A stretch of DNA of 64,000 nt from contig CAVWOC010000013.1 in assembly GCA_963756555.1 (NCBI GenBank), positions 59,194 through 123,193 of the forward strand, given 5' to 3'. A model generated the notes under the pieces. It had not been told where the DNA came from and did not search any database. It worked only from the letters and a program-made list of their open reading frames with translations. The position numbers were made by a program, and so were the translations under genes. Shown piece after piece: positions 18,576-28,500 of this stretch (the first letter of the stretch is position 1; every line of letters begins with the position of its first letter). Source of the stretch: an uncultured Actinomycetes bacterium (GTDB lineage: Bacteria; Actinomycetota; Thermoleophilia; Solirubrobacterales; Solirubrobacteraceae).

Positions 18576-19776
18576 GCGCGCCGTTCTCGACGGCGACGAC
18601 CGCCAGCCGCCGGTCGTCGCCCACCGCTACGGCGCTCCGTCCGTCCAGCAGGTCGCGAAGCTCGACGCCCACGAGCCGCTCGCGCCAACCGGTGAGCGTC
18701 CGCACGGCAGGTTCGGGCTCACCCCTGCGCGCCGCTCCGACGATGGCCTCGAGCTCCGCCCGGGAGGCGATCAGCTCGTAGGCCAGGCCGGACTCGAGCG
18801 CACGTGCTCGCAGCAGCGCCTCGGCCAGCACGATCAGGGGCGCGTCGGCCAGCTCCGAGTGCTCGCGCGCGCGCTCGCGAGGAATCGGGGGGTCGGCCAG
18901 TCCGCTCTGAATGGCTTCCAGGATCGCTGCGCCGCGGCGCCTGAGAACCGATCGGTGCATGCCGCGGATGTCGGCCAGCTGCTCCACGGTGGTCGGCCTG
19001 CGCTTGGCGGCCTCAACCAGCGTCTGATCCGCGAGCACCGACCCTACCGGCCGGTCCTCGCGCTCGGCGGTCCGCTCCCGCCACGCGGCCAGCGCCCGCG
19101 CCACAGCGCGCGACCGGGGGTCGAGCTGGCGCACGCGGGGTAGCCGCTCCCAAACGCTCTCGGGGTCGCGCTCCTCGCTCGCAGACTCCAGGCGGCGGCA
19201 CTCTTCGCGGGCCCACTCGAGGCGCTCGGTCGCCGCCAGCCGGCTCTGCAGCTCGTCGGCGAGCTCCAGCAGGTGGGCGACGTCCTCGGCCGCGTAGTGC
19301 AGCTGCTCCGCAGTCAGGGGACGTGCGTCCCAGCGCGTGTACGAGGCGGTCTTGGCCACGCGGCGCCCGAGCATCGCCCCCAGAAGGTTCCCGTAGCCCG
19401 TCTGGGCGCTCGCGCCGACGAAGCCAGCCGCCACCTGCGTGTCGAAGACATTGCGCATCTCCGTGTCCCATGCCCGGCGGAGAATCGCCACGTCCTGACG
19501 GCCGGCATGGAGGATTACCTCGATACCGGGATCGGCGAGCAGCCCCGCCAGCGGCCCAGGGTCGAGCGTCGCTTGCAGCGTGTCGAGCAGGATGATTCGC
19601 GGAGGTTCTCCGCGGGGACCCTCGACCACCACCTGCGCCAGACAGAGCAGCGGCCGGTATCGGCCCTCCGACATGAACTCGGTATCGATACCCAATCGGC
19701 CCACCGAAAGCGCCCGCTCCGCCACCTCGGCGATTTCCGCTTCCGTGGCGAGGTTCGGGACCGTCGGCCGAGCCAT
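18568..19776 (-). CDS. rnd: Ribonuclease D (DEDD exonuclease plus HRDC)
   Basis: GIDTEF...YRPLLCLAQV, LHAGRQD, VFDTQVAA, W..RPL...QL.YAAEDV, LAAWRE..A...D.P. Confidence 0.9.
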   Translation of the reverse strand: MARPTVPNLATEAEIAEVAERALSVGRLGIDTEFMSEGRYRPLLCLAQVVVEGPRGEPPRIILLDTLQATLDPGPLAGLLADPGIEVILHAGRQDVAILRRAWDTEMRNVFDTQVAAGFVGASAQTGYGNLLGAMLGRRVAKTASYTRWDARPLTAEQLHYAAEDVAHLLELADELQSRLAATERLEWAREECRRLESASEERDPESVWERLPRVRQLDPRSRAVARALAAWRERTAEREDRPVGSVLADQTLVEAAKRRPTTVEQLADIRGMHRSVLRRRGAAILEAIQSGLADPPIPRERAREHSELADAPLIVLAEALLRARALESGLAYELIASRAELEAIVGAARRGEPEPAVRTLTGWRERLVGVELRDLLDGRSAVAVGDDRRLAVVAVENGAPT

Positions 19777-19854
19777 TTGCGCAGCGTATCGGCGTGTTAG
19801 GGCGAATTCCGCCGATTGTGAGCACGGCCTCTGTATATCGCCCGAACCCGCCGG

Positions 19855-19881
19855 GTAAACCTACCGCCCTGGTAGGATTTA
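19855..19881. promoter_or_regulatory. Putative Rrf2 (IscR/SufR-like) operator, 9-9-9 palindrome
   Basis: GTAAACCTA-CCGCCCTGG-TAGGATTTA, ending 27 bp before the Rrf2 ATG; related copy at 35081. Confidence 0.65.
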
Positions 19882-19907
19882 GCCATGGCCAATGGGGTGC
19901 CTCGAGG

Positions 19908-20399
19908 ATGATCTTCTCGTCCAAAGCCGAGTACGGCGTACGGCTGATGGTGGAGCTTGGGCGGCAATCGCCCGAGCAGCCGACCAGCCTCAAGGCAATC
20001 GCCGACGCTGAAGGACTACCCCTGGCCTACCTGGAGCAGGTCGTAGCCAAGCTGCGCAAGGCGGGCTTGGTCATGAGCGCCCGCGGCGCGCACGGGGGCT
20101 ACTGGCTCTCTCGGCCGGCGCAGGACATCGCGATGGACGAGGTCGTCCAGGCGCTGGAAGGCGCGATCGCGCCGATGGAGTGCTTCGTACACGATCGCAC
20201 CGAGCGGGTGCTGTGCTCCCACGAGCCGGACGCCGGCCGTGGCTGCGCCACAAAGCTCCTGTGGACCCGGGTACAAGGCGGGATCATCCGCTCCCTGCAG
20301 ACGACGACGCTCGCCGATCTGGTCGAGTTCTCCCGCCGCCACGAGCGGGAGCCACACGCCGTCGCGGCCTCGCAGCGCGAGCCGGTCGCTGTCGCCTGA
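19908..20399 (+). CDS. Rrf2 family transcriptional regulator of the SUF genes (IscR-like, three Cys)
   Basis: FSSKAEYGVRLM.EL, LEQVVAKLRKAGLV.S.RGAHGGY.L, C-x10-C-x9-C; first gene of the sufC-sufS unit. Confidence 0.9.
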   Translation: MIFSSKAEYGVRLMVELGRQSPEQPTSLKAIADAEGLPLAYLEQVVAKLRKAGLVMSARGAHGGYWLSRPAQDIAMDEVVQALEGAIAPMECFVHDRTERVLCSHEPDAGRGCATKLLWTRVQGGIIRSLQTTTLADLVEFSRRHEREPHAVAASQREPVAVA

Positions 20400-20419
20400 A
20401 AGCAAAGAGAAAGCTGGAG

Positions 20420-21184
20420 ATGTCAGAACTCGAGATTCGAAACCTCTACGTCCGCGCCGGGGAAAAGGAGATCCTCCGCGGACTCGATTTGACCGTCGGC
20501 AAGGGGCAGATTCATGCCCTGATGGGGCCCAACGGGTCCGGCAAGTCCACGCTTGCCAACGCGATCATGGGCCACCCGGGACTGGAGGTAACCGATGGCC
20601 AGATCATCTGGAAGGGTGAGGACATCACCGAGGCCGAGCCCGACGAGCGCGCGCGCAAGGGCCTGTTCATGGCCTTCCAGTATCCGGTCTCTGTCCCGGG
20701 CGTAACGGTGACCAAGTACCTGCGCACCGTGCTGAACGCCCACCGGGAGTCTCGCGGCGAGGAAGCGATTCCGCTCAAGGAGTTCCGCCAGTCCGTAGAG
20801 GCGGCGATGCAACTGACCAGCGTTCCCAAGGAGTTCTCGACCCGCTATCTGAACGAGGGCTTCTCGGGCGGCGAGAAGAAGCGCATGGAGATCCTCCAGC
20901 TGGCGCTCCAGCGCCCCGAGCTCGCGGTCCTAGACGAGACCGACTCGGGACTGGACATCGACGCCCTGCGGGTTGTAGCGAACGGGGTCAATGCGGTTGC
21001 TGGCCCGGACATGGGCGTCTTGATCATCACCCACTACCAGCGCATCCTGCACCTCGTCCAGCCGAGCGACGTGCACGTCATGTATCGCGGGCGAATCGTC
21101 AAGCAGGGCGGCCCGGAGCTCGTGGACGAGCTCGAGGCCAAGGGCTATGGCTGGATTGCCGAGGAGCTCGAGGCCGCGGCGTGA
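20420..21184 (+). CDS. sufC: Fe-S cluster assembly ATPase SufC
   Basis: MGPNGSGKSTLA, FMAFQYP, LNEGFSGGEKKR.EILQ, LDETDSGLDIDAL, ITHYQRIL. Confidence 0.95.
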   Translation: MSELEIRNLYVRAGEKEILRGLDLTVGKGQIHALMGPNGSGKSTLANAIMGHPGLEVTDGQIIWKGEDITEAEPDERARKGLFMAFQYPVSVPGVTVTKYLRTVLNAHRESRGEEAIPLKEFRQSVEAAMQLTSVPKEFSTRYLNEGFSGGEKKRMEILQLALQRPELAVLDETDSGLDIDALRVVANGVNAVAGPDMGVLIITHYQRILHLVQPSDVHVMYRGRIVKQGGPELVDELEAKGYGWIAEELEAAA

Positions 21185-22485
21185 GTACGGCCGCTCGTTT
21201 CACGCGCACACCGTCCGGGGATAACACGTCATTCCGCGGCGAGGGGCTGGGCCTTGACGAGAGACTGGCGGAGATTGCCGACCAGTTCCCGGTCTTGCGT
21301 CGCCGGATCGATGGTCACCCGATCACATATCTGGACAGCGCTGCCACGTCGCAGACCCCGTCTGCGGTAATCGATGCCATGACCCGGTATTACACGGAGT
21401 CGCGGGCCTCGATCCACCGCGGCGTCTATCCCTTGGCGGTAGAGGCCACCGAGCTCTACGAGGGCGCGCGCCGACGGATCGCGGACTGGCTGCGATCGAC
21501 GCCGGAGGAGACAATCTTCGCCTCCAACGCCACTGCCGCGATCAATCTCGTTGCCTACACCTGGGGCCGCCAGAACGTGCAGCGCGGCGATCTCGTGGTT
21601 CTGACCGAGATGGAGCACCACTCCAACGTCGTGCCCTGGCAGATCCTGTGCCAGGACCGGGAGGCCGAGCTGGCCTACGTCCCGGTGTCAGACGATGGCC
21701 TGCTCGACCTCGACGCGCTCGACCAGTTGCTGGCTCGCGAGCCGAAGCTCGTGGCGCTGGTCCACATCTCGAATGTGCTGGGAACCGTCAACCCCGTTGA
21801 GGAAATCGTTCGGCGGGCCCGCGAAGCGGGTGCCGTTACGTTGATCGACGGAGCCCAGGCGGTGCCGCAGCTGCCCGTCGATCTGAACGCAATCGACGCC
21901 GACTTCTACGCCTGGACCGGCCACAAGGCCTACGGTCCGACGGGCATCGGCGTGTTGCACGGCCGCCGGGCGCTGCTCGAGGAAATGCCGCCATTCATCG
22001 GCGGCGGCCACATGATCCGAACGGTTGCCGCTAACGAGTCGACGTGGACCGACCTCCCGTGGAAGTTCGAGGCCGGAACGTCACAGATCGCGGAGGCCGT
22101 CGGCCTCGGCGCCGCCGTGGACTGGATCCGGACGATCGGCATCGAGCGCATCAGCTCGCACGAGGAGTCGTTGGTGGCGCTGGCACTCGAGCGGCTGAGC
22201 GCGGAAGTCCCGGGCCTTCAGATCCAGGGCCCGCTGCAGGCGTCCGAGCGTGGCTCGCTGATCTCGTTCACGCTTAACGGCGCCCACCCTCACGACATCG
22301 GCGACATCCTGGGGCGCGAGGGCGTGTGTGTCCGCGCCGGCCATCACTGTGCGCAGCCGCTGATGCGGAGGCTGGGGGTGTCCGCCACTACGCGCGCCTC
22401 GTTCGCGGTGCACAACAGCGCGCAGGACGTCGAGCGGCTGATCGCCGGCCTGCACCGAGTGCGGGAGACCCTTCAGCTGGACTAA
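21181..22485 (+). CDS. sufS: SufS cysteine desulfurase
   Basis: YLDSAATSQ, MEHHSN.VPWQ, DGAQ, GHK.YGPTGIG, KFEAGT, VRAGHHCAQPLM. Confidence 0.95.
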   Translation: MSTAARFTRTPSGDNTSFRGEGLGLDERLAEIADQFPVLRRRIDGHPITYLDSAATSQTPSAVIDAMTRYYTESRASIHRGVYPLAVEATELYEGARRRIADWLRSTPEETIFASNATAAINLVAYTWGRQNVQRGDLVVLTEMEHHSNVVPWQILCQDREAELAYVPVSDDGLLDLDALDQLLAREPKLVALVHISNVLGTVNPVEEIVRRAREAGAVTLIDGAQAVPQLPVDLNAIDADFYAWTGHKAYGPTGIGVLHGRRALLEEMPPFIGGGHMIRTVAANESTWTDLPWKFEAGTSQIAEAVGLGAAVDWIRTIGIERISSHEESLVALALERLSAEVPGLQIQGPLQASERGSLISFTLNGAHPHDIGDILGREGVCVRAGHHCAQPLMRRLGVSATTRASFAVHNSAQDVERLIAGLHRVRETLQLD

Positions 22486-22518
22486 GAGCGGCTGCCCTCG
22501 GGTAGCGTTCGCGGCGAG

Positions 22519-24015
22519 ATGGAGGTGCTGCGGACCAAGACGGTCGAGCAGTCGATCGAGGACACCGACCAGCCTGGCCGCCGGCTGCGCCGGTCGTTGG
22601 GACCGCTGCAGCTGACGACGATCGGCATCGGCGTGATCGTCGGCACGGGAATCTTCGTGCTGACTGGCGAGGCCGCCGGGACGCTCGCCGGGCCGGCGAT
22701 CACGATCTCGTTTGCCGTGGCCGCGATTGCCTGCGGGCTGGCCGGGCTGTGCTACGCGGAGTTTGCGTCGGTCGTACCGGTCGCCGGCTCGGCCTACACC
22801 TTCTCCTACGCCAGCCTCGGTGAGCTGGTGGCGTGGATCATCGGTTGGGATCTGATGCTGGAGCTGGCGTTCGGGGCCGCGACCGTGGCCTCCGGCTGGT
22901 CGCAGTACTTCCAGGTGGTGCTGACCTCGGCACCCTGGCACGCGAACCCTGGAACGTGGATCTTCGCCACGGGTCACAACCTCGTGGCTGCATTGATCGT
23001 GCTCGCGATCTCCGGGTTGCTGTGCTTTGGCGTGCGGACCTCGAGCGGCACGAACGCGGTGATCGTGACGATCAAGGTGGCGATCATCCTGCTGGTGATC
23101 ATCGCCGGCATCACCTATATCCACGGCGCCAACTATCACCCGTTCGTCCCGCCGTCCGGATCCACTCCGGCGCCCGGCGGAAGCAACACGACGACCTTGT
23201 TGCAGGACTTAGGGGTCAACACCGGCACGTTCGGAGTCGGAGGGATCTTCACTGGCGCCGCGCTCGTGTTCTTCGCCTTTATCGGCTTCGACATCGTGGC
23301 CACTAACGCGGAGGAGACGCGCCGCCCGCAGCGCGACGTCCCGATCGGCATCTTCGCCTCTCTGAGCATCTGCACGCTGCTCTATATCGCCGTGTCGCTC
23401 GTGGTCACCGGCATGGTCAAGTTCAACAAGCTCAATTACAAAGCGCCGCTGTCGACGGCGTTCGAGTCCGTTCACCAGCACACGATCGCCACGATCGTTG
23501 CCTACGGGGCCTTGGCCGGCATCACGTCGGTGATCCTCGTGCTGCTCATGGGCCAGAGCCGTGTGTTCTTCGCCATGAGTCGCGACCGCCTGCTGCCACC
23601 GATCTTTTCCGCGGTGTCCGAGCGCTTCGGCGTCCCCTACCGAACGACGATGGTCACGGGCGTCGTGGTCGCCCTGTTGGCGTTCTTCTTCTCCCTAAAG
23701 ACGCTGTCGGAGCTGGTGAACATCGGCACGCTGTTTGCATTCGTACTGGTGGCGATCGGGGTACCGGTGCTGCGGCGCACGCGGCCTGATCTCGAGCGTC
23801 CGTTTCGAACGCCACTGGTGCCACTCGTCCCGATCCTGTCGGTCGTCGCCTCGGTGTGGCTGATGCTCAACCTGCAGGGGGTGACCTGGCTGCGGTTCCT
23901 GATTTGGATGGTCGCCGGGCTGGTGGTCTACTTCGTGTACTCGTACCGGCACAGCGCGGTGGCACGCCGGCGAGGACGTTCTTCGGCGGCGGAGACGGGC
24001 GCCGACTCGGCCTGA
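22519..24015 (+). CDS. APC-superfamily amino acid permease
   Basis: IGVIVGTGIFV, CYAEFAS.VP.AGSAY, FFAFIGFD, EET..PQR..P.GI, RVFFAMSRD.LLP. Confidence 0.92.
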   Translation: MEVLRTKTVEQSIEDTDQPGRRLRRSLGPLQLTTIGIGVIVGTGIFVLTGEAAGTLAGPAITISFAVAAIACGLAGLCYAEFASVVPVAGSAYTFSYASLGELVAWIIGWDLMLELAFGAATVASGWSQYFQVVLTSAPWHANPGTWIFATGHNLVAALIVLAISGLLCFGVRTSSGTNAVIVTIKVAIILLVIIAGITYIHGANYHPFVPPSGSTPAPGGSNTTTLLQDLGVNTGTFGVGGIFTGAALVFFAFIGFDIVATNAEETRRPQRDVPIGIFASLSICTLLYIAVSLVVTGMVKFNKLNYKAPLSTAFESVHQHTIATIVAYGALAGITSVILVLLMGQSRVFFAMSRDRLLPPIFSAVSERFGVPYRTTMVTGVVVALLAFFFSLKTLSELVNIGTLFAFVLVAIGVPVLRRTRPDLERPFRTPLVPLVPILSVVASVWLMLNLQGVTWLRFLIWMVAGLVVYFVYSYRHSAVARRRGRSSAAETGADSA

Positions 24016-24032
24016 GCCGGCGCCCTCCCTCT

Positions 24033-25100
24033 CTAGGGCCGTGCCTCCAGCACGAGGTTGAACGGGGTCTCGGCGGCGCGCCGGAATCGGGTGAAGCCGC
24101 CCTCGGTTACGACCTCGCGCATCCGTGCCTCGCCGGCCTGCGCCCCCAGCGCCAGGCCCACCTCCTGGTCACGCGACGCAGGAGTGCATACCAGCGTCGA
24201 GGCGCCATAGAACACGCGCCCGACCGGGTTCAGGTTGTCCTCGAGGCTGTCGCCGGCGAATGGCTCGACGATCATCCACGTGCCCTCGCCGTCCACGGTG
24301 CTCAGCACGTGGGCGGCGGCGCCCACCGGATCTCCCATGTCGTGCAGGCAGTCGAACATGGCTACGAGGTCGTAGCCATCGCCTGGATACCCCTTGGCCG
24401 CCGCCACCTCGAAGCTCACGCGACCGTCTAGGCCTGCCTCGGAGGCAGCACGTCGCGCGTACTCGATCGAGGGTCCGTGGTAATCGAAGCCCACGAACTC
24501 CGATTGCGGATAGGCCTCGGCCATCAGGAGCGTCGACGCACCATGGCCGCAGCCGACATCCGCAACGAGCGCGCCCCTTTGCAGCTTGGCCTCAACGCCG
24601 TCGAGCGCCGGGATCCACGACGAGACGAGGTTCGCCGCGTATCCGGGGCGGAAGAAGCGCTCGGTCCCGAGGAACAGCTCGTGATGATGCTCGTGCCAGC
24701 CGACGCCCTTGCCGGTCTGGAACGCGCGGGAGATCTTCTCTTCGTCCTTGATCAGCGAGGTGGCGAGCTGAAAGGCGCCCGGGAGAAACGCTGGGCTCTC
24801 CTCCTGAGCGAGTGCCAATGACTGTTCGGGGGTGAGCGAGAAGGCGCCATCGCGATACGTGACGTATCCGCCCGCCGCCTGGTTCGACAGCCACTCGCGT
24901 ACGTAGCGGGGATCGGTGTCCGTTCGCTCCGCGAGCTGCTCGGCGGTGACCGGCTCGCCGTCCGCCATCGCCCGGTAGAGTCCCAGGCGGTCGCCGATCA
25001 CCACCAGCGCGGCGCTGAGCGTCGCGCCGAAGTCGCCCACGAACTGACCGATGAAGTCGTTCAGCTTGGCCTCATCAATTGGTTGGCTTGTGGCAGCCAT
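24033..25100 (-). CDS. Class I SAM-dependent methyltransferase with N-terminal winged helix (Rv2258c-like)
   Basis: GDRLGLYRAM, RYVREWL..QAA.GYV, VADVGCGHG, FDCLHDMGDP, LG.QAGE, TPFNLV.EARP. Confidence 0.88.
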   Translation of the reverse strand: MAATSQPIDEAKLNDFIGQFVGDFGATLSAALVVIGDRLGLYRAMADGEPVTAEQLAERTDTDPRYVREWLSNQAAGGYVTYRDGAFSLTPEQSLALAQEESPAFLPGAFQLATSLIKDEEKISRAFQTGKGVGWHEHHHELFLGTERFFRPGYAANLVSSWIPALDGVEAKLQRGALVADVGCGHGASTLLMAEAYPQSEFVGFDYHGPSIEYARRAASEAGLDGRVSFEVAAAKGYPGDGYDLVAMFDCLHDMGDPVGAAAHVLSTVDGEGTWMIVEPFAGDSLEDNLNPVGRVFYGASTLVCTPASRDQEVGLALGAQAGEARMREVVTEGGFTRFRRAAETPFNLVLEARP

Positions 25101-25113
25101 GGATGCACACCTC

Positions 25114-25476
25114 CTAGGACTCGTCCCACGCCTGGACGATGGTCTGCTTTGAGATGCCGCTGTCGCCCAGCTCGAGCACCGTGGCGCAGAGGACGTTGGT
25201 CCCGTCGGGATAGCGGCAGGATTGGGTGTAGGCGGCGCCGTCGGCATCCTGGACGGTGCGATCGACGCGATGCGTCATGTCGCGGCCGTACATGTCGTCA
25301 AGCCAATCCTTGATCCCATCCGGGCTGTGAAGGATCCGCGGTGAGCCAGGCTGGCTCAGCTTGTCGACGATCGTCACCGTGGCGTCCGGCGCGTACATCG
25401 ACAGCTGGGTCGAGGCATCGCGCTCCTCGGCCGCCCTGGTGAAGCGGCTGAGATCGAAGGTCGTTGCTGTGCTCAT
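25114..25476 (-). CDS. SnoaL/NTF2-like protein
   Basis: A.EERDA....MYAPDA; ends ATVLELGDSGISKQTIVQAWDE. RBS GGAGAAA upstream. Confidence 0.78.
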   Translation of the reverse strand: MSTATTFDLSRFTRAAEERDASTQLSMYAPDATVTIVDKLSQPGSPRILHSPDGIKDWLDDMYGRDMTHRVDRTVQDADGAAYTQSCRYPDGTNVLCATVLELGDSGISKQTIVQAWDES

Positions 25477-25538
25477 GGCGTTTCTCCTTTTTTTCGCTGC
25501 CATGTGCCGGTCACTTTCCGCTGTGCGCGTCTCGCGGG

Positions 25539-25575
25539 CGTCAAACAAACGTCAAGGCGATCCCCACGGCGTCAA
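25539..25575. promoter_or_regulatory. CGTCAA direct repeats, candidate BTAD/SARP-type binding site
   Basis: CGTCAA at 25539, 25550 and 25570 in the divergent intergenic region. Confidence 0.45.
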
Positions 25576-25598
25576 AGCCGCGGTACGCTACGTGGCCA

Positions 25599-28500
25599 GT
25601 GCTTCGTGCACGCTTGTTGGGCGAGCTCGAAGTGGAGCTCAACGGGACCGCGATCGATGCGCCGGCCGGGCAACGGCCGTGGGCTGTTTTCGCATATCTC
25701 GCGCTGGCTTCACGGCCACTCACGCGCTCGGAGCTCGCCAACCAGTTTTGGCCGGATGTGCTCGATCAGAGCGCGCGAGCCAGTCTGCGCAGCGCGCTGT
25801 GGGCGCTCAGGCGGAAGCTCGGCGACTGCGTTCAGGTGGATGGCGAGCGCGTGGGGCTGCGCGACGTCTCGGTCGACGTCGAAGAGTTCGACCGGCTGGC
25901 AGATGAAGATCCGGGCCGGGCGCTCGAGCTCTGCCGAGGCGAGCTGCTGGAAGGAATCGAGGACGAATGGGCGCTCGCCGCCCGCCAGCGGCACCGCGAA
26001 CGGGTGATTGACCTCCTGGAGCGCCAAGCGGAGGACCGCGAGCACGCTGATGATCTACGCGAGGCGATCGACCTCACTCGGCGCCAGGTTGAGCGCGACC
26101 CGTTCGACGAGGCGGCGCACCGGCGCCTGATGGCGCGGCTCGACGCCGCGGGTGATCGCGCCGCGGCGTTGCGCGTTTACAAGGCGCTCGCCGATCGGCT
26201 GCGTCGCGAGCTGGGGGTGGCGCCGTCGGCGCTCACCCGCGAGCTGGTTGACAGCTTGCGCGCGGAGTCGCCGGCCCGGCCGCCTGCGCAGGTCCACGGC
26301 CGCCCCGCTGACGGGTCATCAGCCGACTGGCGGCCGCCGACGCTCACAGGCCTGCTCCCGCTGATCGGCCGGGAGCCCGAATTCGCCGAGCTCGAGCGGG
26401 CCTGGTCGCTCGCCGCGGGCGGGGGAGGGACTGTGGCTGTGCTACGCGGTGAGGCCGGCATCGGTAAGACGCGGCTGGCGGCCGAGCTCCGCTCGCGCGC
26501 CGGCGCCTTCGGAGCGCGAAGCGCCGCCTCTGCCGCGCTGGACCTCGGCGGAACCGCGCCGCTGAGCTTGTGGGCAGAGCTGATCCGCGAGCTGCTGCCT
26601 TCGCTTCCCGCGCCGCCGGACGCAGCGACCTGGCCCGACGATCTTGCTGCGTTGAGCCCCGGGCTTCCGGAGCGCTTTGGGCGCAGCGCCCCCGGTCCCG
26701 TCGCCGTGGCACCGGATCTCCAGCGCACACGTCTGTTTGAAGCCGTGGTCTCGCTGCTCGGTTGGGCGACGAGAAGCCGGGCGCTGTTGGTCGTACTCGA
26801 GGACATCCACGACGCCGACACGGCGAGCCTCGAGCTGGCGGGCTACGCCGCGAGGCGCGTCGCCAGCCTGCCGATGATGATGCTCCTGACTCGTCGAGCG
26901 CTGCCGGCACGCGCCGCCGCGGACGCTCTGGAACAGGCGCTTCGCGCCCGTGGACTCTTGGCCTCCGAGCTCGACCTACAGCCTTTGGCGTCGGAGAGGA
27001 TCGCCGCCCTGGCGCGCGTGGCCGCACCGCTCAGCAGCGCACAAATCGGTCAGGTGGTGCAGCGTGCCGACGGCAACGCGCTGCTCGCCGTCGAAACAGC
27101 GCGGGCGCTAGGGCGCGGGGAGGAGGCAGTCGCCGCGAGCTTGCGCGGATCGGTCCGGGCCTTGCTGGCGCGGCTGCCGGGCGACGGCCGCAAGCTCACG
27201 GAGCTCGCCGCTGTCGCGGCCCGGCCGCTGGAGCCCCTCGAAGTGGACCAGCTCTCGCTCGACGAGGCGTCAGCCGAAGCGGTCGAGGGTGATCTGCTCA
27301 CAAGCTCCGAGGGGCGTGTCGCCTTTCGACACGCGCTCCTGCGTCAGGCGGTCTATGACGAGATTCCTGAGCCACGACGGCGGGTGTTGCACCGCGCCTG
27401 GGCACAAACGATGCTAAGAAGCGAAGGCGCGGGGGCCACGGGGCGCCCGGCCGAGATGGCCCGGCACCTCAGACTGTCCGGCGCCGACCGCGAAGCGGTG
27501 CCCGAACTTGTACGTGCCGCGGCGTCGGCGCGCGCGATCGCCGCGCTGCACGAGGCCGTGAACTACCTGAAGGAGGCGCTCTCCATCGAGCCCGGTCGGG
27601 CCGACTTGTGGCTCGAGCTCGGTGAGCTCGAAGCGTGGCGTGGCCGTCGTCAGGAATCTGAACGTGCGTTTGAGGAGGCCCTCCGGCTGCTGGCCGGCGC
27701 CGAGCCACTGGCGCTGGCCCGCGCCTGGCTGCGGCGAGCGAGGGCCTATCACGGGTCGATCTGTATCCCGCGCGCTGTGCTCGAGAGCGCTCGGAAGGCG
27801 CTCGCCCTCCTGCAGAGCGTGGACGCGCCGGCCGAAGACGAGCGCAGCGAAGCACTGGCCGCGTGGGCCTGGGCCGAGGCAGTGGCCGGTAGCGTGGTCG
27901 AGGCGGAGAGGCTGCTGATCGAACTCGGCAGGACCGTCTCAAAGGACCGCGACCTGGCTACCTACGACAGTGGCCATGCCCGAGCACTGGCGCTGATGCG
28001 GCGGGGCCGCTTCACGGACTCCTATGCGCCGTCGATCGCCGCCGGCGAAGCGATCGCCCGCGCCGGCAGACCTGATCTCGCCTATGGATGCTGGGCGAAC
28101 GCCGCCAGCGCGGCAAACGCCGCCGGGGAGACCCAACGGGCGCTCGAGTTCCTGGACCGCGGAATGGCGGCGCTGGCCGGCCAGGAGCTTCAGAGCCTCG
28201 AGATACATCTGCTCGCGGCGCAATCGTTCGTGCTGCGTAACGCCGGCCGTCTGGATGCTGCCCACTGGGCGGCGCAGTCAGAGCAGAAGCTGGCCGAGCA
28301 GCTGGACGAGCCAGAGCTGGAGGCCATGGCCCGGCACGACCGGGGACTGGTGGCGCTGGCGTCCAGTAAGCACGAGGACGCCGCCGAGCTGCTCGCCGGC
28401 GCGCTCGTGGAGGGCGCCCCGATCAGCCGACCGCTGACGCGGCTGGCGCTGGCAGAGGCGTTCGCGGGCAGCGGACAGCCGCAAGAGGCCGCCGAGCAGG

